A DNA stretch of 64,000 bases, taken from positions 11,954 through 75,953 of the forward strand of contig CAUZDY010000002.1 in NCBI GenBank assembly GCA_963578805.1, written 5' to 3'. Below are positions 42,362 to 51,876 of the stretch, in pieces. The notes under the pieces are model-generated. The model saw only the letters and a list, made by a program, of their open reading frames with translations. It searched no databases and was not told the DNA's origin. Origin of the DNA: Vicinamibacteria bacterium (lineage in GTDB: Bacteria; Acidobacteriota; Vicinamibacteria; Vicinamibacterales; UBA8438). The number at the start of each line of letters is the position of its first letter. Positions within the stretch are counted from its first letter, which is position 1. The position numbers were made by a program, and so were the translations under genes.

Positions 42362-43713
42362 AAATTGCCTTCATTGTCCAGCGCTATGGCGCAGAGATCC
42401 TGGGTGGCTCTGAGTATCACTGCCGCCTTGTGGCCGAACACCTTTCAGGCACCCACACCGTCGAGGTCTTGACGACGTGCGCCAGGGAATACACGACCTG
42501 GGAAAACGTCTACCCGAAAGGAAAGGACCGCGTGCGCGGCGTGACGGTGCGTCGATTCGAAAACGCGGAGACCCGTGACCTCAAGACGTTCAACACCTAC
42601 TCCGATTGGATTTTTTCCAATCCACACAACGCGGCGGATGAGCAAAGTTGGCTCAGGCAGCAGGGACCTTGGTGCCCGGCACTCATCGAGTATCTCGAAC
42701 AGGAACATGGATCCTACGACGCCCTTATTTTCTTCACCTACTTGTACGCGCCGACGGTACTCGGCCTTCAGATCGACCCGCGGCGGAGCATTTTGGTGCC
42801 GACCGCGCACGATGAGCCGGCCATTCGCCTCGACCTGTACAAAAAGGTCTTCTCACTCCCGGCGGCGGTCGCCTACAACACCACGATGGAACGCGGCTTT
42901 CTCCGGAAACGCTTCGGAATCGACGCGAAGATCGAGAAAGTGATCGGGTGCGGTGTCGACCTTCCACCGGGGATGGAACTTGCAGCGCCCACCGACCTGA
43001 ACCTGGGTTCTGAGGACGACAAGCCGGCAACGACCCTGAGTGATGAGGTCAACCGCAACGACGTGGCACCCGCCGCGCGCGGCGCCGTGTTCCGGCAACG
43101 TCACCGACTCTTCGGACCATTCGCGTTGTATGGGGGACGCATCAACCCTGGCAAGGGGTGCGAGGAACTGATCGAGTACTTCGGCGCCTACGCCGATGAG
43201 CAGGGGGACGCTACACTGGCGCTCATGGGAGCCAAGCTGATGCCAATTCCAGACGAACCATATATCCGGTTCGCTGGGATGTTGCCAGAGATTGAGCGGC
43301 TCGAAGCGCTTGAAGCCGCAAGCGTCGTCATCGTACCATCACCGTACGAGAGCCTATCGCTCCTCGCGCTCGAATCGTTCGCGGTGGGCACCCCGATTCT
43401 TACCAATGCACGAAGTGATGTCTTGACCGACCACTGTCAACGAAGCAACGCAGGACTGTACTACGAGAACCGAGAAGAGTTCGTCGAGTGCTTGAGACTT
43501 CTCATGGGTCACGCCGAGCTGCGGGCCCACATGGGACGCAACGGACAAGACTACGTCCGCCGCAACTACAGTTGGAGCGTCATCCACGATAAGTACGAGA
43601 CGATGATCGCGGACGTCGCCGGTCATCGGCAGACAACAAAGAGTCAGTCCAGGAGGTCGCGAGGACGCGGGCGATCCGACGGCCGACCTAAACCTCGCCC
43701 GCAGCGAAATTGA
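42358..43713 (+). CDS. Glycosyltransferase (GT4-like), paralog type A'
   Basis: The N-terminus [29 protein letters not shown]...[16 protein letters not shown] closely parallels 38750..40048. C-terminal [24 protein letters not shown]. Basic tail. Confidence 0.85.
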   Translation: [451 protein letters not shown]

Positions 43714-43740
43714 TCGCGACCGGCGGCCAGGTGCCCTCGG

Positions 43741-45264
43741 TTACGATGGCCTGCAGCGCTTACCAACGACCCCTGCGGACTTGCTGGTGCTCCCGTCGAC
43801 CGAAGCTCCCTCCGGCGCAGTCACCGACGCCTCGCCACGGGTCTTGGCCTTCCCTGCCACCGCGGTCGACCCGCCTGGGCTCCGCCGCCGTCCGAGCCCG
43901 TATCGCTTGATCATCTCGTTGAAGGTCGTCGGCTTGACCTGAAGTAGCCCCGCCGCTCGCTTTTGCACGCCACCAGCCGCCGCCAGCGAACGGGTAATCA
44001 GCATCGACTCGATTTCCTCGATCACCTTCCGTAAGGGAATACCTTCGGGAGGCAGATCGAAATCAGGCAGATGGAACGATCGAGCCGGGCGAACAGACTC
44101 AGGAATGAGATCTGGGCCAATCTGCAGGCCCGAGCTGAGAACAACGGCCCGTTCGATGACATTCTCAAGCTCCCGAACATTGCCAGGCCACTGACAGTCT
44201 TCAAGGAGATGCAGTGCCTCGGGTAGAAGTTCGAGGTCGGGCTTGTTGTTTTCCGCGCCGTACTGTTCCAAGAAATGCTGCGCCAACAACGGAATATCCT
44301 CGCGACGAGCGCGTAGCGGCGGCAGCTCAACGGTGATGACGTGCAGACGGTAGTAAAGGTCCTCACGAAAAAGCCCTTCCGAAACCCTCTGTTGGAGCTC
44401 TGTGTTGGTGGCCACGACAATCCGTACGTCGACTTTGGTCGTGTCGACCCCGCCCAGCCGCATGAACTCACGCTCCTGGATCACGCGTAGAAGCTTGGCC
44501 TGCGTCTCCATCGGCACGCTGCTGATCTCGTCAAGAAATATCGTCCCCTGGTCGGCAACCTCGAATAATCCCTTCTTTGGCGACACCGCGCCAGTGAAAG
44601 CTCCTTTGACGTGACCGAACAGGTTTGACTCGAGCAAGTCCGGGGGCAGGCTGCCTGAATTCACAGTGATAAACGGTCGATCGCTCCGCGCCGAGTTGGC
44701 GTGAATCGCCCGCGCGACCAGTTCTTTCCCGGTACCGCTTTCACCCTGAACTAGAATCGTCGTTCGGCTGGGTGCAGCCTGTTTAATCAATGCAAACACG
44801 CGCTGCATCCCCGGACTGCCCCCAATGATGTCGCTGAATCGATGACCTTGCTCTCGAAGGCTTTCACGAAGTATTCGATTCTCTGACACCAGACGGTACT
44901 TCTCGAAGGCATTGCGTAAGACAAGCAACACGTCGTCGTTCCTAAACGGTTTTTCTATAAAGTCGAACGCGCCGCGTTTGAAAGCCTCCCGCGTATTCGC
45001 AGGCGTCCCGAACGCGGTGATAATGATCACCGGTAGGTCATCATTAATCTGCTTGAGCTTCTCGAGCGTCTGAATACCGTTGATTCCTGGCATCATGACG
45101 TCGACCATCGCGATGTCAAACGACGCGGCCTTAGCGAGCTTAAGTGCCTCCTCGCCGGAGGCTGCTAGCGTCACACGATACCCTTCGCGTGTGAGTAGCG
45201 ATTCGAGGATCTCACGCATGATCTCCTCATCGTCCACGACGAGCACCGATGGGTTCTCAAGCAT
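43741..45264 (-). CDS. Sigma54-dependent response regulator (NtrC family: REC + AAA+ + Fis-type HTH)
   Basis: VLVVDDEEIMREIL...MVDVMMPG (REC). GESGTGKELVARAIH and GAFTGA (GAFTGA loop). C-terminal HTH. Confidence 0.95.
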   Translation of the reverse strand: MLENPSVLVVDDEEIMREILESLLTREGYRVTLAASGEEALKLAKAASFDIAMVDVMMPGINGIQTLEKLKQINDDLPVIIITAFGTPANTREAFKRGAFDFIEKPFRNDDVLLVLRNAFEKYRLVSENRILRESLREQGHRFSDIIGGSPGMQRVFALIKQAAPSRTTILVQGESGTGKELVARAIHANSARSDRPFITVNSGSLPPDLLESNLFGHVKGAFTGAVSPKKGLFEVADQGTIFLDEISSVPMETQAKLLRVIQEREFMRLGGVDTTKVDVRIVVATNTELQQRVSEGLFREDLYYRLHVITVELPPLRARREDIPLLAQHFLEQYGAENNKPDLELLPEALHLLEDCQWPGNVRELENVIERAVVLSSGLQIGPDLIPESVRPARSFHLPDFDLPPEGIPLRKVIEEIESMLITRSLAAAGGVQKRAAGLLQVKPTTFNEMIKRYGLGRRRSPGGSTAVAGKAKTRGEASVTAPEGASVDGSTSKSAGVVGKRCRPS

Positions 45265-45271
45265 CGTCCTA

Positions 45272-48202
45272 CTAGACGACCGCCGTCGTCTGCACGCGGG
45301 CTGGCGCCACGAGTGGGAACGGGAACGTTAATGTGAACCTCGTCCCCTGGCCAGGCTCGCTGTCACACTTGACCGCTCCGTGATGTTCCTGTACCACAGC
45401 GTAAGTAATCGAGAGCCCCAGCCCGGTTCCCTGGCCAGGAGCCTTGGTCGTGAAGAACGGATCGTAGATACGGGATAGGGACTCTGGTGCGATACCCGCC
45501 CCGGTGTCTGAGACCTCGACTACGGCCGCCTCACCATCTGTTCGGGTTCGGATACCCAGCCATCCACCGGTCGGCATCGCGTCTCGAGCATTGAGAAAGA
45601 GGTTGAGAAACACCTGCTGCAGTTTGAACTCGATGCCCTCGACGATGACCGGTTCGGCTGATAACTCTCGCCTTACCTTGACACTCCCCGCCGTGAGCTG
45701 GTGTTCGAGCAACGCAAGCACGTCATTGACGACGGCGTTGAGATCCACAGAGCCAGAGACATCGGAACGACCAGGACGGGCCAGGTTTAACAACCCATTG
45801 ACGATCTTCGCGGCACGAAACGTTTGTCGCTCTATTTTCTCAAGAATCTTTGTCTTCGGGTCGTCCGGCTCTGCATTCTCCAACAAGATCTGCGTAAAAC
45901 TCGAGATCCCTGTGAGCGGTGTGTTGACCTCGTGAGCCACACCTGCAGCAAGTAGGCCGATCGACGCCATCTTCTCCGAGATCTGCAGTTGCTCCTCGAG
46001 CTGGATCCGCTGGGTAATGTCTTCGATAATGACCATCATCCCGCTGATGTTACCAGCGGGCGTGAGCAGCGGCGCCGTCGCCACATTCACCAGTAGCCGC
46101 CGCGCCTGAGAATCACCGTCATGATGCCGTGACAGTAGCGGGACGCGGGAAAACACCGCCCCGTTCGGCGTGTTCTCTCGTGCGTGCTGCATTTGCAGGC
46201 TAAACGACCGGTCGAACAGCGTCACCAGCTCCTGGCCGACGGTAGCATCCCTGGACAAGCCGTATAGACGCTCCATGCCAGCATTCCAGCGCATCACCCT
46301 ATCATCAAGATCCAGAACCACGAGACCATCACTCAGAGACTCGATGATGTTCTCGCTGAACTGACGCATCCGATCCAGCTCTTTGGCCTTCAGCTGCAAC
46401 TGTCCGTACAATCGGCCGTTCTCGAGTGCCGTGGCCACCTGTCCGGCAACGGCAGCCAGGAGCGCCATGTCCTCACTGCTCAACGGTTCGCCGCTCCCTT
46501 TGCGCCCCAATGCCATCACCGCGATCGTGCCTTCTTCGGCCACGCACGGTATGAAATAGCGCAGACTGTGCTCGCGCCAGAGGACCCACTCGTCATCTTG
46601 CTCCGCCGATTGCCGGGGCAGGGCATCAAACACCACGGTCTGGCGACTACGCATCCGACTGCTCAGCTTCGACGTCTCAGTAATTCGCGGAGGTGTTGAT
46701 TCGAATCCGGTCCAGTGCAACGGCGTAAACGCTTCGGTCATGCCTTCCGTGCCCACTGTCGCCTGGAACAGCACCATCTGGTCGACAACCAGCGTTTCCG
46801 TGACCCGAGTCACCAGCCGGTCAGTCAGTCGGTCGAGGTCAAGGTCACTGTTTAGGTCGCGTGCAAACCCGACCAGCGCTCGCCGGTAGTCGTACCGATC
46901 GCGATAGTAGACGCGGTCTAGCATCGTCTGGATGGTGTTCTTGACCGGTGCCGCCAGGAGCGCGACGACAGCGGTCGCCAGCAGTGCGATGATCGAGTTG
47001 TGGCCATCCGATTCTTCCAGAAAGACCTCACTCGCGAGCTTTTCCAATACTAAGTAGATGGCGGCCATCGCAACCACGGCAGCGGTGTATACCAGACCGC
47101 GCTTGACGATGACTTCGACGTCATGCAGACGATAGCGAACGATTGCTGAGGCGAACGCCAAGGGGATGAGGCCGAGCGGGAGCGCGGTCACATCAAGTCG
47201 GGCAACCGGATCAAAGCCGAGTGACCAGGGTAATGCGTAGCCAAGCGTAAACGGAAGACCGCCCAGCACCGCCCCTGACACGATCCAGCGTAGCTGCCGA
47301 CGTGCTGTGACCGATCGCACTCGCTGGAGCGCTGCGATCATGATCGCCAGCCCACCGATCACGCAGGCGGCGAGATACGCCATCTCCAGTTGCCAAACAA
47401 CGTTGATCGCCGTCGTGAATGCCACGCCCTGAGCGCTGCCTCTTACCGCGGCAACTTCGGCAACCCACAAGAGTAGCGCCGGGAGGTAGACAAGCGGAAC
47501 GAACCAGTACCCGAGCTCGCTCCGGATCCGTCCCGGCGTTCGCTCAGGGAAGACCAACGCAAAGTGAATGAAGAGTGGTGCCAACAAGACCGTCGAGACG
47601 GCGTCAGCCCAGAAAAATACCCAGTCGAGCCGATCTAGCCGGCCGCTAAACGAAAAGGCGAACACGCCGAAGAAGGCGACGCTCAGCCAAAAAAAATGCA
47701 GGGTCGCCTGGTGACCGGGTCGACGTACGCGAACGGACGCACCAATGAGTAGCGCAAAGACACCCACGCCTACCAAGCCGAAGTAGACAGGCAGCGCACT
47801 CGACGGCGCCGGCTGCAACGTCAGCTCCCTGATTTCCTGGGTCCCCAGGCGAAGCACGGTGTAGCTGAGTTGAGTCGCTTCCTCGCTCGCGTGCAATCTA
47901 TCGAGAACGTCCTCTCGGGTTGAAACTGCCTCGCCGTCGATGGCCAGCAACACATCGCCGCGTAGCAGGCCGGCAATCGCGGCGGCCGTGTCGGGAGCAA
48001 CTGCCTCGGCAACGAGGCCTTGTGATCGCTCGATCCACAGAGCGCCATCCTCGACCTCGTTCCAGTTAGCGCGAACAACTACGTTCGCGGCGGCCAGGCA
48101 GAGGAGCGCGGCAACGACCCCCACCGCTAGAAGCGCACCGCCCCATCCAGCACGAAGCCACCGGTTTAATTCCCCGAAGCTCGATGGAGTAGAGGCAATC
48201 AT
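45272..48202 (-). CDS. Multi-domain sensor histidine kinase (N-terminal PDZ-like domain, polytopic membrane region, GAF/PAS, HisKA, HATPase_c)
   Basis: GLLRGDVLLAIDGEAV (PDZ-like). About 8 TM segments. The H-box GVAHEVNTPL. N/G boxes NLFLNARDAM...DTGAGI...GTGLGL. Confidence 0.9.
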   Translation of the reverse strand: MIASTPSSFGELNRWLRAGWGGALLAVGVVAALLCLAAANVVVRANWNEVEDGALWIERSQGLVAEAVAPDTAAAIAGLLRGDVLLAIDGEAVSTREDVLDRLHASEEATQLSYTVLRLGTQEIRELTLQPAPSSALPVYFGLVGVGVFALLIGASVRVRRPGHQATLHFFWLSVAFFGVFAFSFSGRLDRLDWVFFWADAVSTVLLAPLFIHFALVFPERTPGRIRSELGYWFVPLVYLPALLLWVAEVAAVRGSAQGVAFTTAINVVWQLEMAYLAACVIGGLAIMIAALQRVRSVTARRQLRWIVSGAVLGGLPFTLGYALPWSLGFDPVARLDVTALPLGLIPLAFASAIVRYRLHDVEVIVKRGLVYTAAVVAMAAIYLVLEKLASEVFLEESDGHNSIIALLATAVVALLAAPVKNTIQTMLDRVYYRDRYDYRRALVGFARDLNSDLDLDRLTDRLVTRVTETLVVDQMVLFQATVGTEGMTEAFTPLHWTGFESTPPRITETSKLSSRMRSRQTVVFDALPRQSAEQDDEWVLWREHSLRYFIPCVAEEGTIAVMALGRKGSGEPLSSEDMALLAAVAGQVATALENGRLYGQLQLKAKELDRMRQFSENIIESLSDGLVVLDLDDRVMRWNAGMERLYGLSRDATVGQELVTLFDRSFSLQMQHARENTPNGAVFSRVPLLSRHHDGDSQARRLLVNVATAPLLTPAGNISGMMVIIEDITQRIQLEEQLQISEKMASIGLLAAGVAHEVNTPLTGISSFTQILLENAEPDDPKTKILEKIERQTFRAAKIVNGLLNLARPGRSDVSGSVDLNAVVNDVLALLEHQLTAGSVKVRRELSAEPVIVEGIEFKLQQVFLNLFLNARDAMPTGGWLGIRTRTDGEAAVVEVSDTGAGIAPESLSRIYDPFFTTKAPGQGTGLGLSITYAVVQEHHGAVKCDSEPGQGTRFTLTFPFPLVAPARVQTTAVV

Positions 48203-48248
48203 CAGTCGCGTGTCGTTACCAAATCAGGGGCTTGACCTCTATTGCCGG

Positions 48249-48264
48249 TGCAAATCGTGTTCCG
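48249..48264 (-). promoter_or_regulatory. Sigma54-type promoter candidate CGGAAC-N5-TTGCA upstream of the sensor kinase
   Basis: The minus strand reads CGGAACACGATTTGCA. GG and GC have the canonical -24/-12 spacing and TTGCA is perfect. It lies 46 nt upstream of the ATG at 48202. Confidence 0.4.
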
Positions 48265-48432
48265 CCCTAAACGCGTTTCTACCTGTTTGAAACATCAAAA
48301 GAGTGATTATATGTACCGGTTATCCTCTTCGCGCTGATGTAAATCCAACAAAATGAACGACTAATTCAAAAAATAGGATCTGGTGACAATTAGACTCCGC
48401 CACGGCTGGTCACTCCCTGCAATGTTTGAAAT

Positions 48433-50418
48433 CTAAAAGTGAACGACCAACCCGCCTATGAACTGCTTTGGGGGACTAGCAACAAGAAGCTCGTCGTAGA
48501 CGGAGGCACCGAGAACATGGTCGCGGAAGAGGCTCCTGATGTCGACGAGCACCTCCCAGTTGCTACCCTCGCCCGGTGAAAACGGCAGGGTTTGTTTGAC
48601 ACGCAGAGCAAACCGCCCAGCGAGACCAGATGCCAGCCCGGCCGTGGAAGAATCGACCACCGAGAACGCAGAGTTGACTCGATACAACACAAAAATATCT
48701 GTTGCGGTCTCAGGAATCTCCGCCTCGATCGACGTTGTCACGTCGTGGATTTTCTCGGTGCCGGTTCGGAAAACGCCAACAGCCTGAGGTGACAACCCAT
48801 TGGCCGCCCAAGGCGCCCACGTGGCATTTGTCAGGCTGTAGTCGACGGTTCCCCGCACGCGACCGGCAAGCGCATGGCTGAACATCAACCCCCATCCGTC
48901 ACTACTCACGCCGCTCGCACTGGTCACGTAATAGTGGTCGGCCGATGAGACCTGGATCTGCGGCCGGATGCCAAACAGGGCGACCATCTGGTCGTTGACG
49001 TCCTGATAATACCGCCGCGCACCGACCGTCGACCCACGCCAAAAATCGCGCTCGACTGCTACTTCGAAATGCTGTGAGCGCTCGGCATGCAACGAATTCG
49101 TCGGTGACAACGAGGTAAACGTCCGTTCAGGAGGTAGCCACAGTTCGTTTACCGGAGGCAGGAACTCTTCAGCCCCAGGAGCCCGCATGTTTCGCGCAGC
49201 CGTGACCTGCACCCGGGTGCGATTCAGCGGTTCGACCGTCACCACAGCGTTTGGACTGACAAGTCCGACGCCAGGTAGATACCCGTACCGTGCCAAGCTA
49301 GTGCCGTAGTCGAGTGTGACCCGCCGGGAGGGTTCCCAGGTCCCTCGTACGTTCAACGTACCAACTTCACGACTGAAATCAGGTGTCACTGCGTCTTCGA
49401 GAACGGCCGCGCTCGGGATCAACGACTCCTGGTTCACCCGGTTGTGGATGTGCTGGCGACTGTAGGAAAGGCCCATGGTCATAGCGTGCGTCTCGGCAGG
49501 TTTCATGTTGTAGGTGCCTGACAAGACCCATGAGCCCGCATCGCCGGTCATCATCGCGCCACGTAGCCTCCAACGGCTGTCGCGCTCGGTCCCGCCCACT
49601 GCGGCATAAGCGATCTGACCTGGCAAAACGTCTGTTCTCTGCAAATCAGTTGATGAATCAACGGTCGCGCGAGTGAGCAGATGAAGCTGGCCAGAGACAG
49701 GGAAGGTGCTCGGCGCGTCGCTCATCGTCTGGTTTGCCGCCAGGCGAGGAGCGATCGCAATCAACGATTCCCCGTCACCGTCATGGGCTGGAGTGATGCC
49801 AATACCTGAATCTTTCAAGACACTCCGCCGTGCACGACGTAACCGCCACGCCTTCTCGGAGTCATCGTGCGGGGCGGGGCTGCCGGTCCCGATCGGCCCC
49901 GCTTCAACACCGGGACCGGGCAGGACCTCATCCGGCACACCGCTCACTCCAAAATCATCGGGAGCCCCCAGTTGGCCGTCCGTGGCACCAAACCCAGCGG
50001 CGATAAACGTCGGAGGCGACGAGGCAACCACCTTCCGTGGGAGCGTGACTGAGTAGGTTGTCGAGAGACCTGGCCTGACCTGGACGACAGAACGCCGCGT
50101 GGCGTCCAGGCCGGCAGCGTGGGTCCGCAGGAGGTAAGTGCCAGGGCGGAGAGCGCCGAATTCGAAACGACCATCCACGTCGCAGACAGCCAACGACACA
50201 CCGACTGGACCGGTTGCTGAAACCAGAGTCGCCTCCGCTGGCTCGCCAGCGCTGTCCGTCACCACGCCCACGAGACGCCCGGATCCAAACGCTCGAGTAT
50301 GCTCGGCCAGCCCGTTCCGTTTCGGCGATTCAGCGGCAAGAAGCGGTGACTGCCAGGATATCGTCTGGATAAAGAGGACCTGCACTACAGCGGCGACAAT
50401 ACGAAACACGCTCACCAT
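48433..50418 (-). CDS. Outer-membrane beta-barrel protein with N-terminal carboxypeptidase-regulatory-like domain (TonB-dependent-receptor-like)
   Basis: GRLVGVVTDSAGEPAEATLV...DVDGRFEFGALRPGTYLL is CarboxypepD_reg-like. C-terminal ...GGLVVHF. Start set to Met 50418 (GAGGA RBS, signal peptide). Confidence 0.75.
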   Translation of the reverse strand: MVSVFRIVAAVVQVLFIQTISWQSPLLAAESPKRNGLAEHTRAFGSGRLVGVVTDSAGEPAEATLVSATGPVGVSLAVCDVDGRFEFGALRPGTYLLRTHAAGLDATRRSVVQVRPGLSTTYSVTLPRKVVASSPPTFIAAGFGATDGQLGAPDDFGVSGVPDEVLPGPGVEAGPIGTGSPAPHDDSEKAWRLRRARRSVLKDSGIGITPAHDGDGESLIAIAPRLAANQTMSDAPSTFPVSGQLHLLTRATVDSSTDLQRTDVLPGQIAYAAVGGTERDSRWRLRGAMMTGDAGSWVLSGTYNMKPAETHAMTMGLSYSRQHIHNRVNQESLIPSAAVLEDAVTPDFSREVGTLNVRGTWEPSRRVTLDYGTSLARYGYLPGVGLVSPNAVVTVEPLNRTRVQVTAARNMRAPGAEEFLPPVNELWLPPERTFTSLSPTNSLHAERSQHFEVAVERDFWRGSTVGARRYYQDVNDQMVALFGIRPQIQVSSADHYYVTSASGVSSDGWGLMFSHALAGRVRGTVDYSLTNATWAPWAANGLSPQAVGVFRTGTEKIHDVTTSIEAEIPETATDIFVLYRVNSAFSVVDSSTAGLASGLAGRFALRVKQTLPFSPGEGSNWEVLVDIRSLFRDHVLGASVYDELLVASPPKQFIGGLVVHF

Positions 50419-50461
50419 CAGGTCGTCCTCGTTCTTCCCATGACTGGGAGTACTCGCTGAC

Positions 50462-51592
50462 TTACTCGCTGACGTTGAAGCGAACATCGCGTGCCAACGT
50501 CTGTTCTGCCACATTGTCCGTAATCTTGATCGCCAGCCTGAAGTCACCGGCGGGGAAACTCCCCAGTGGAACCGATTGCCCAGACGGAAGTCCGCCAGTG
50601 ACTGGCGTTCCTACCGGCCATGTCTGAGCATTGAACTCCTGGGGAGCCGTTCGATTAAAGAACGACTCACCCGCCGGACCGACCCGGTGAAAATCAAACT
50701 CGACGGTCACATCTGGACTCATCTCAGCAGTCAGTTGGGGATTGTAGACATAAAACAGTAACGACAAGTTGTCGCTCTTGGTGTAATTCTCATCGCGCTT
50801 CGGCACAATTTGGGTCGTCCCAATCGTATACGGATTGATTCTCTGTACCTCCGGGGAAAGAGGTGCATCGATCAGGTCCAACGTTCGTGCCATGAGGATC
50901 GTGCTCGTCTGCAACGCCTCACTCCAGAAATTCGGAACCTCCACCTCTTCTTTGAACACCATGACCATCGAACTGGCTAGCTCCTCCACTTGTAGCTCAA
51001 TCCCCCGCTGACTTCGATTTGCCGCTGCATTCCGTCGTGCCTCTTCTTGGCTCGCTTCTTGCGCCGATTCAAACGCTTGCTCACCCGCGCTATCGCGGAC
51101 GATGATGTACACGTCATAGTTCCCGCCCGGGGCCTGGAACGCCCGATGGATCTCAACGGGGCCATCGTCCGTACTGTCTTCAGACACCTCAACAAAGAAC
51201 AGATCTGAGTAGATGTCCGACTCGAGCGTCTCTTCCAAACTTGGTGGCAGCGCGTCGGCGGCCGGTGGTTCAACGTGAGGTGTGACGAACAGATACATCG
51301 CGAAGGTCGACGTGGAAAGCTTCGACGGATCCATCGTCACCGTAAACGGGACGTAGATGCTACCTTCGGCACCCTTCAGGAAGTCCACCGAAATCTCGAA
51401 CGGTTTCTCACTCGGCAGATCGCCACCTATCGCCGCACTCAGACTTTCCAAGAGTGTTTGAAACTCGTACTGCTGCCACTCCTCAAGAGCTGCCTCTTCG
51501 TCCTGCGCCAACGCGAAACCTGGATTAATTAAGAGTGTCATCGTGAAGACGCATACGGACATGACGGTGCGTCGACGGAGCTGTCTCTTCAT
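50462..51592 (-). CDS. Secreted hypothetical protein (376 aa)
   Basis: Signal peptide MKRQLRRRTVMSVCVFTMTLLINPGFALAQ. AGGAGAG RBS. Beta-rich repeats ending GDFRLAIKITDN... No catalytic motif. Confidence 0.65.
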   Translation of the reverse strand: MKRQLRRRTVMSVCVFTMTLLINPGFALAQDEEAALEEWQQYEFQTLLESLSAAIGGDLPSEKPFEISVDFLKGAEGSIYVPFTVTMDPSKLSTSTFAMYLFVTPHVEPPAADALPPSLEETLESDIYSDLFFVEVSEDSTDDGPVEIHRAFQAPGGNYDVYIIVRDSAGEQAFESAQEASQEEARRNAAANRSQRGIELQVEELASSMVMVFKEEVEVPNFWSEALQTSTILMARTLDLIDAPLSPEVQRINPYTIGTTQIVPKRDENYTKSDNLSLLFYVYNPQLTAEMSPDVTVEFDFHRVGPAGESFFNRTAPQEFNAQTWPVGTPVTGGLPSGQSVPLGSFPAGDFRLAIKITDNVAEQTLARDVRFNVSE

Positions 51593-51876
51593 CTGTACTG
51601 CTCTCCTAGAGCGCGGCTGCCTGGGTGCCGGACACCACGCCAATACTCCTACTATTTCGGTTAGGGACGGAGCAATCACACAGGTTACGACGCTCCGCAA
51701 GCTTCAGTGTAGTTCTACTTTGCCAATCATAGGTTACGTACCCACCTAAGTCAAACTTAGATTCTCGCTCCAAACTATTGCTTATGAAGGCTTTATTGAC
51801 AAGTTCCGTCCCGAGATAGTCAGGCCGTGTCACGCTGACCTCATGGTATCATCCCGGTTCCTGATCGTCCTGCGAT

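Noticed and set aside
51615-51631. Sigma54-like motif CGGCAC-N5-CAGC (minus strand) upstream of the secreted 376-aa protein gene
   Set aside because: The spacing is correct, but the predicted transcription start would cut into the AGGAGAG RBS, which lies 8 nt before the ATG at 51592. The -12 element is weak. It is kept only as a remote possibility because an NtrC-type regulator is encoded downstream.
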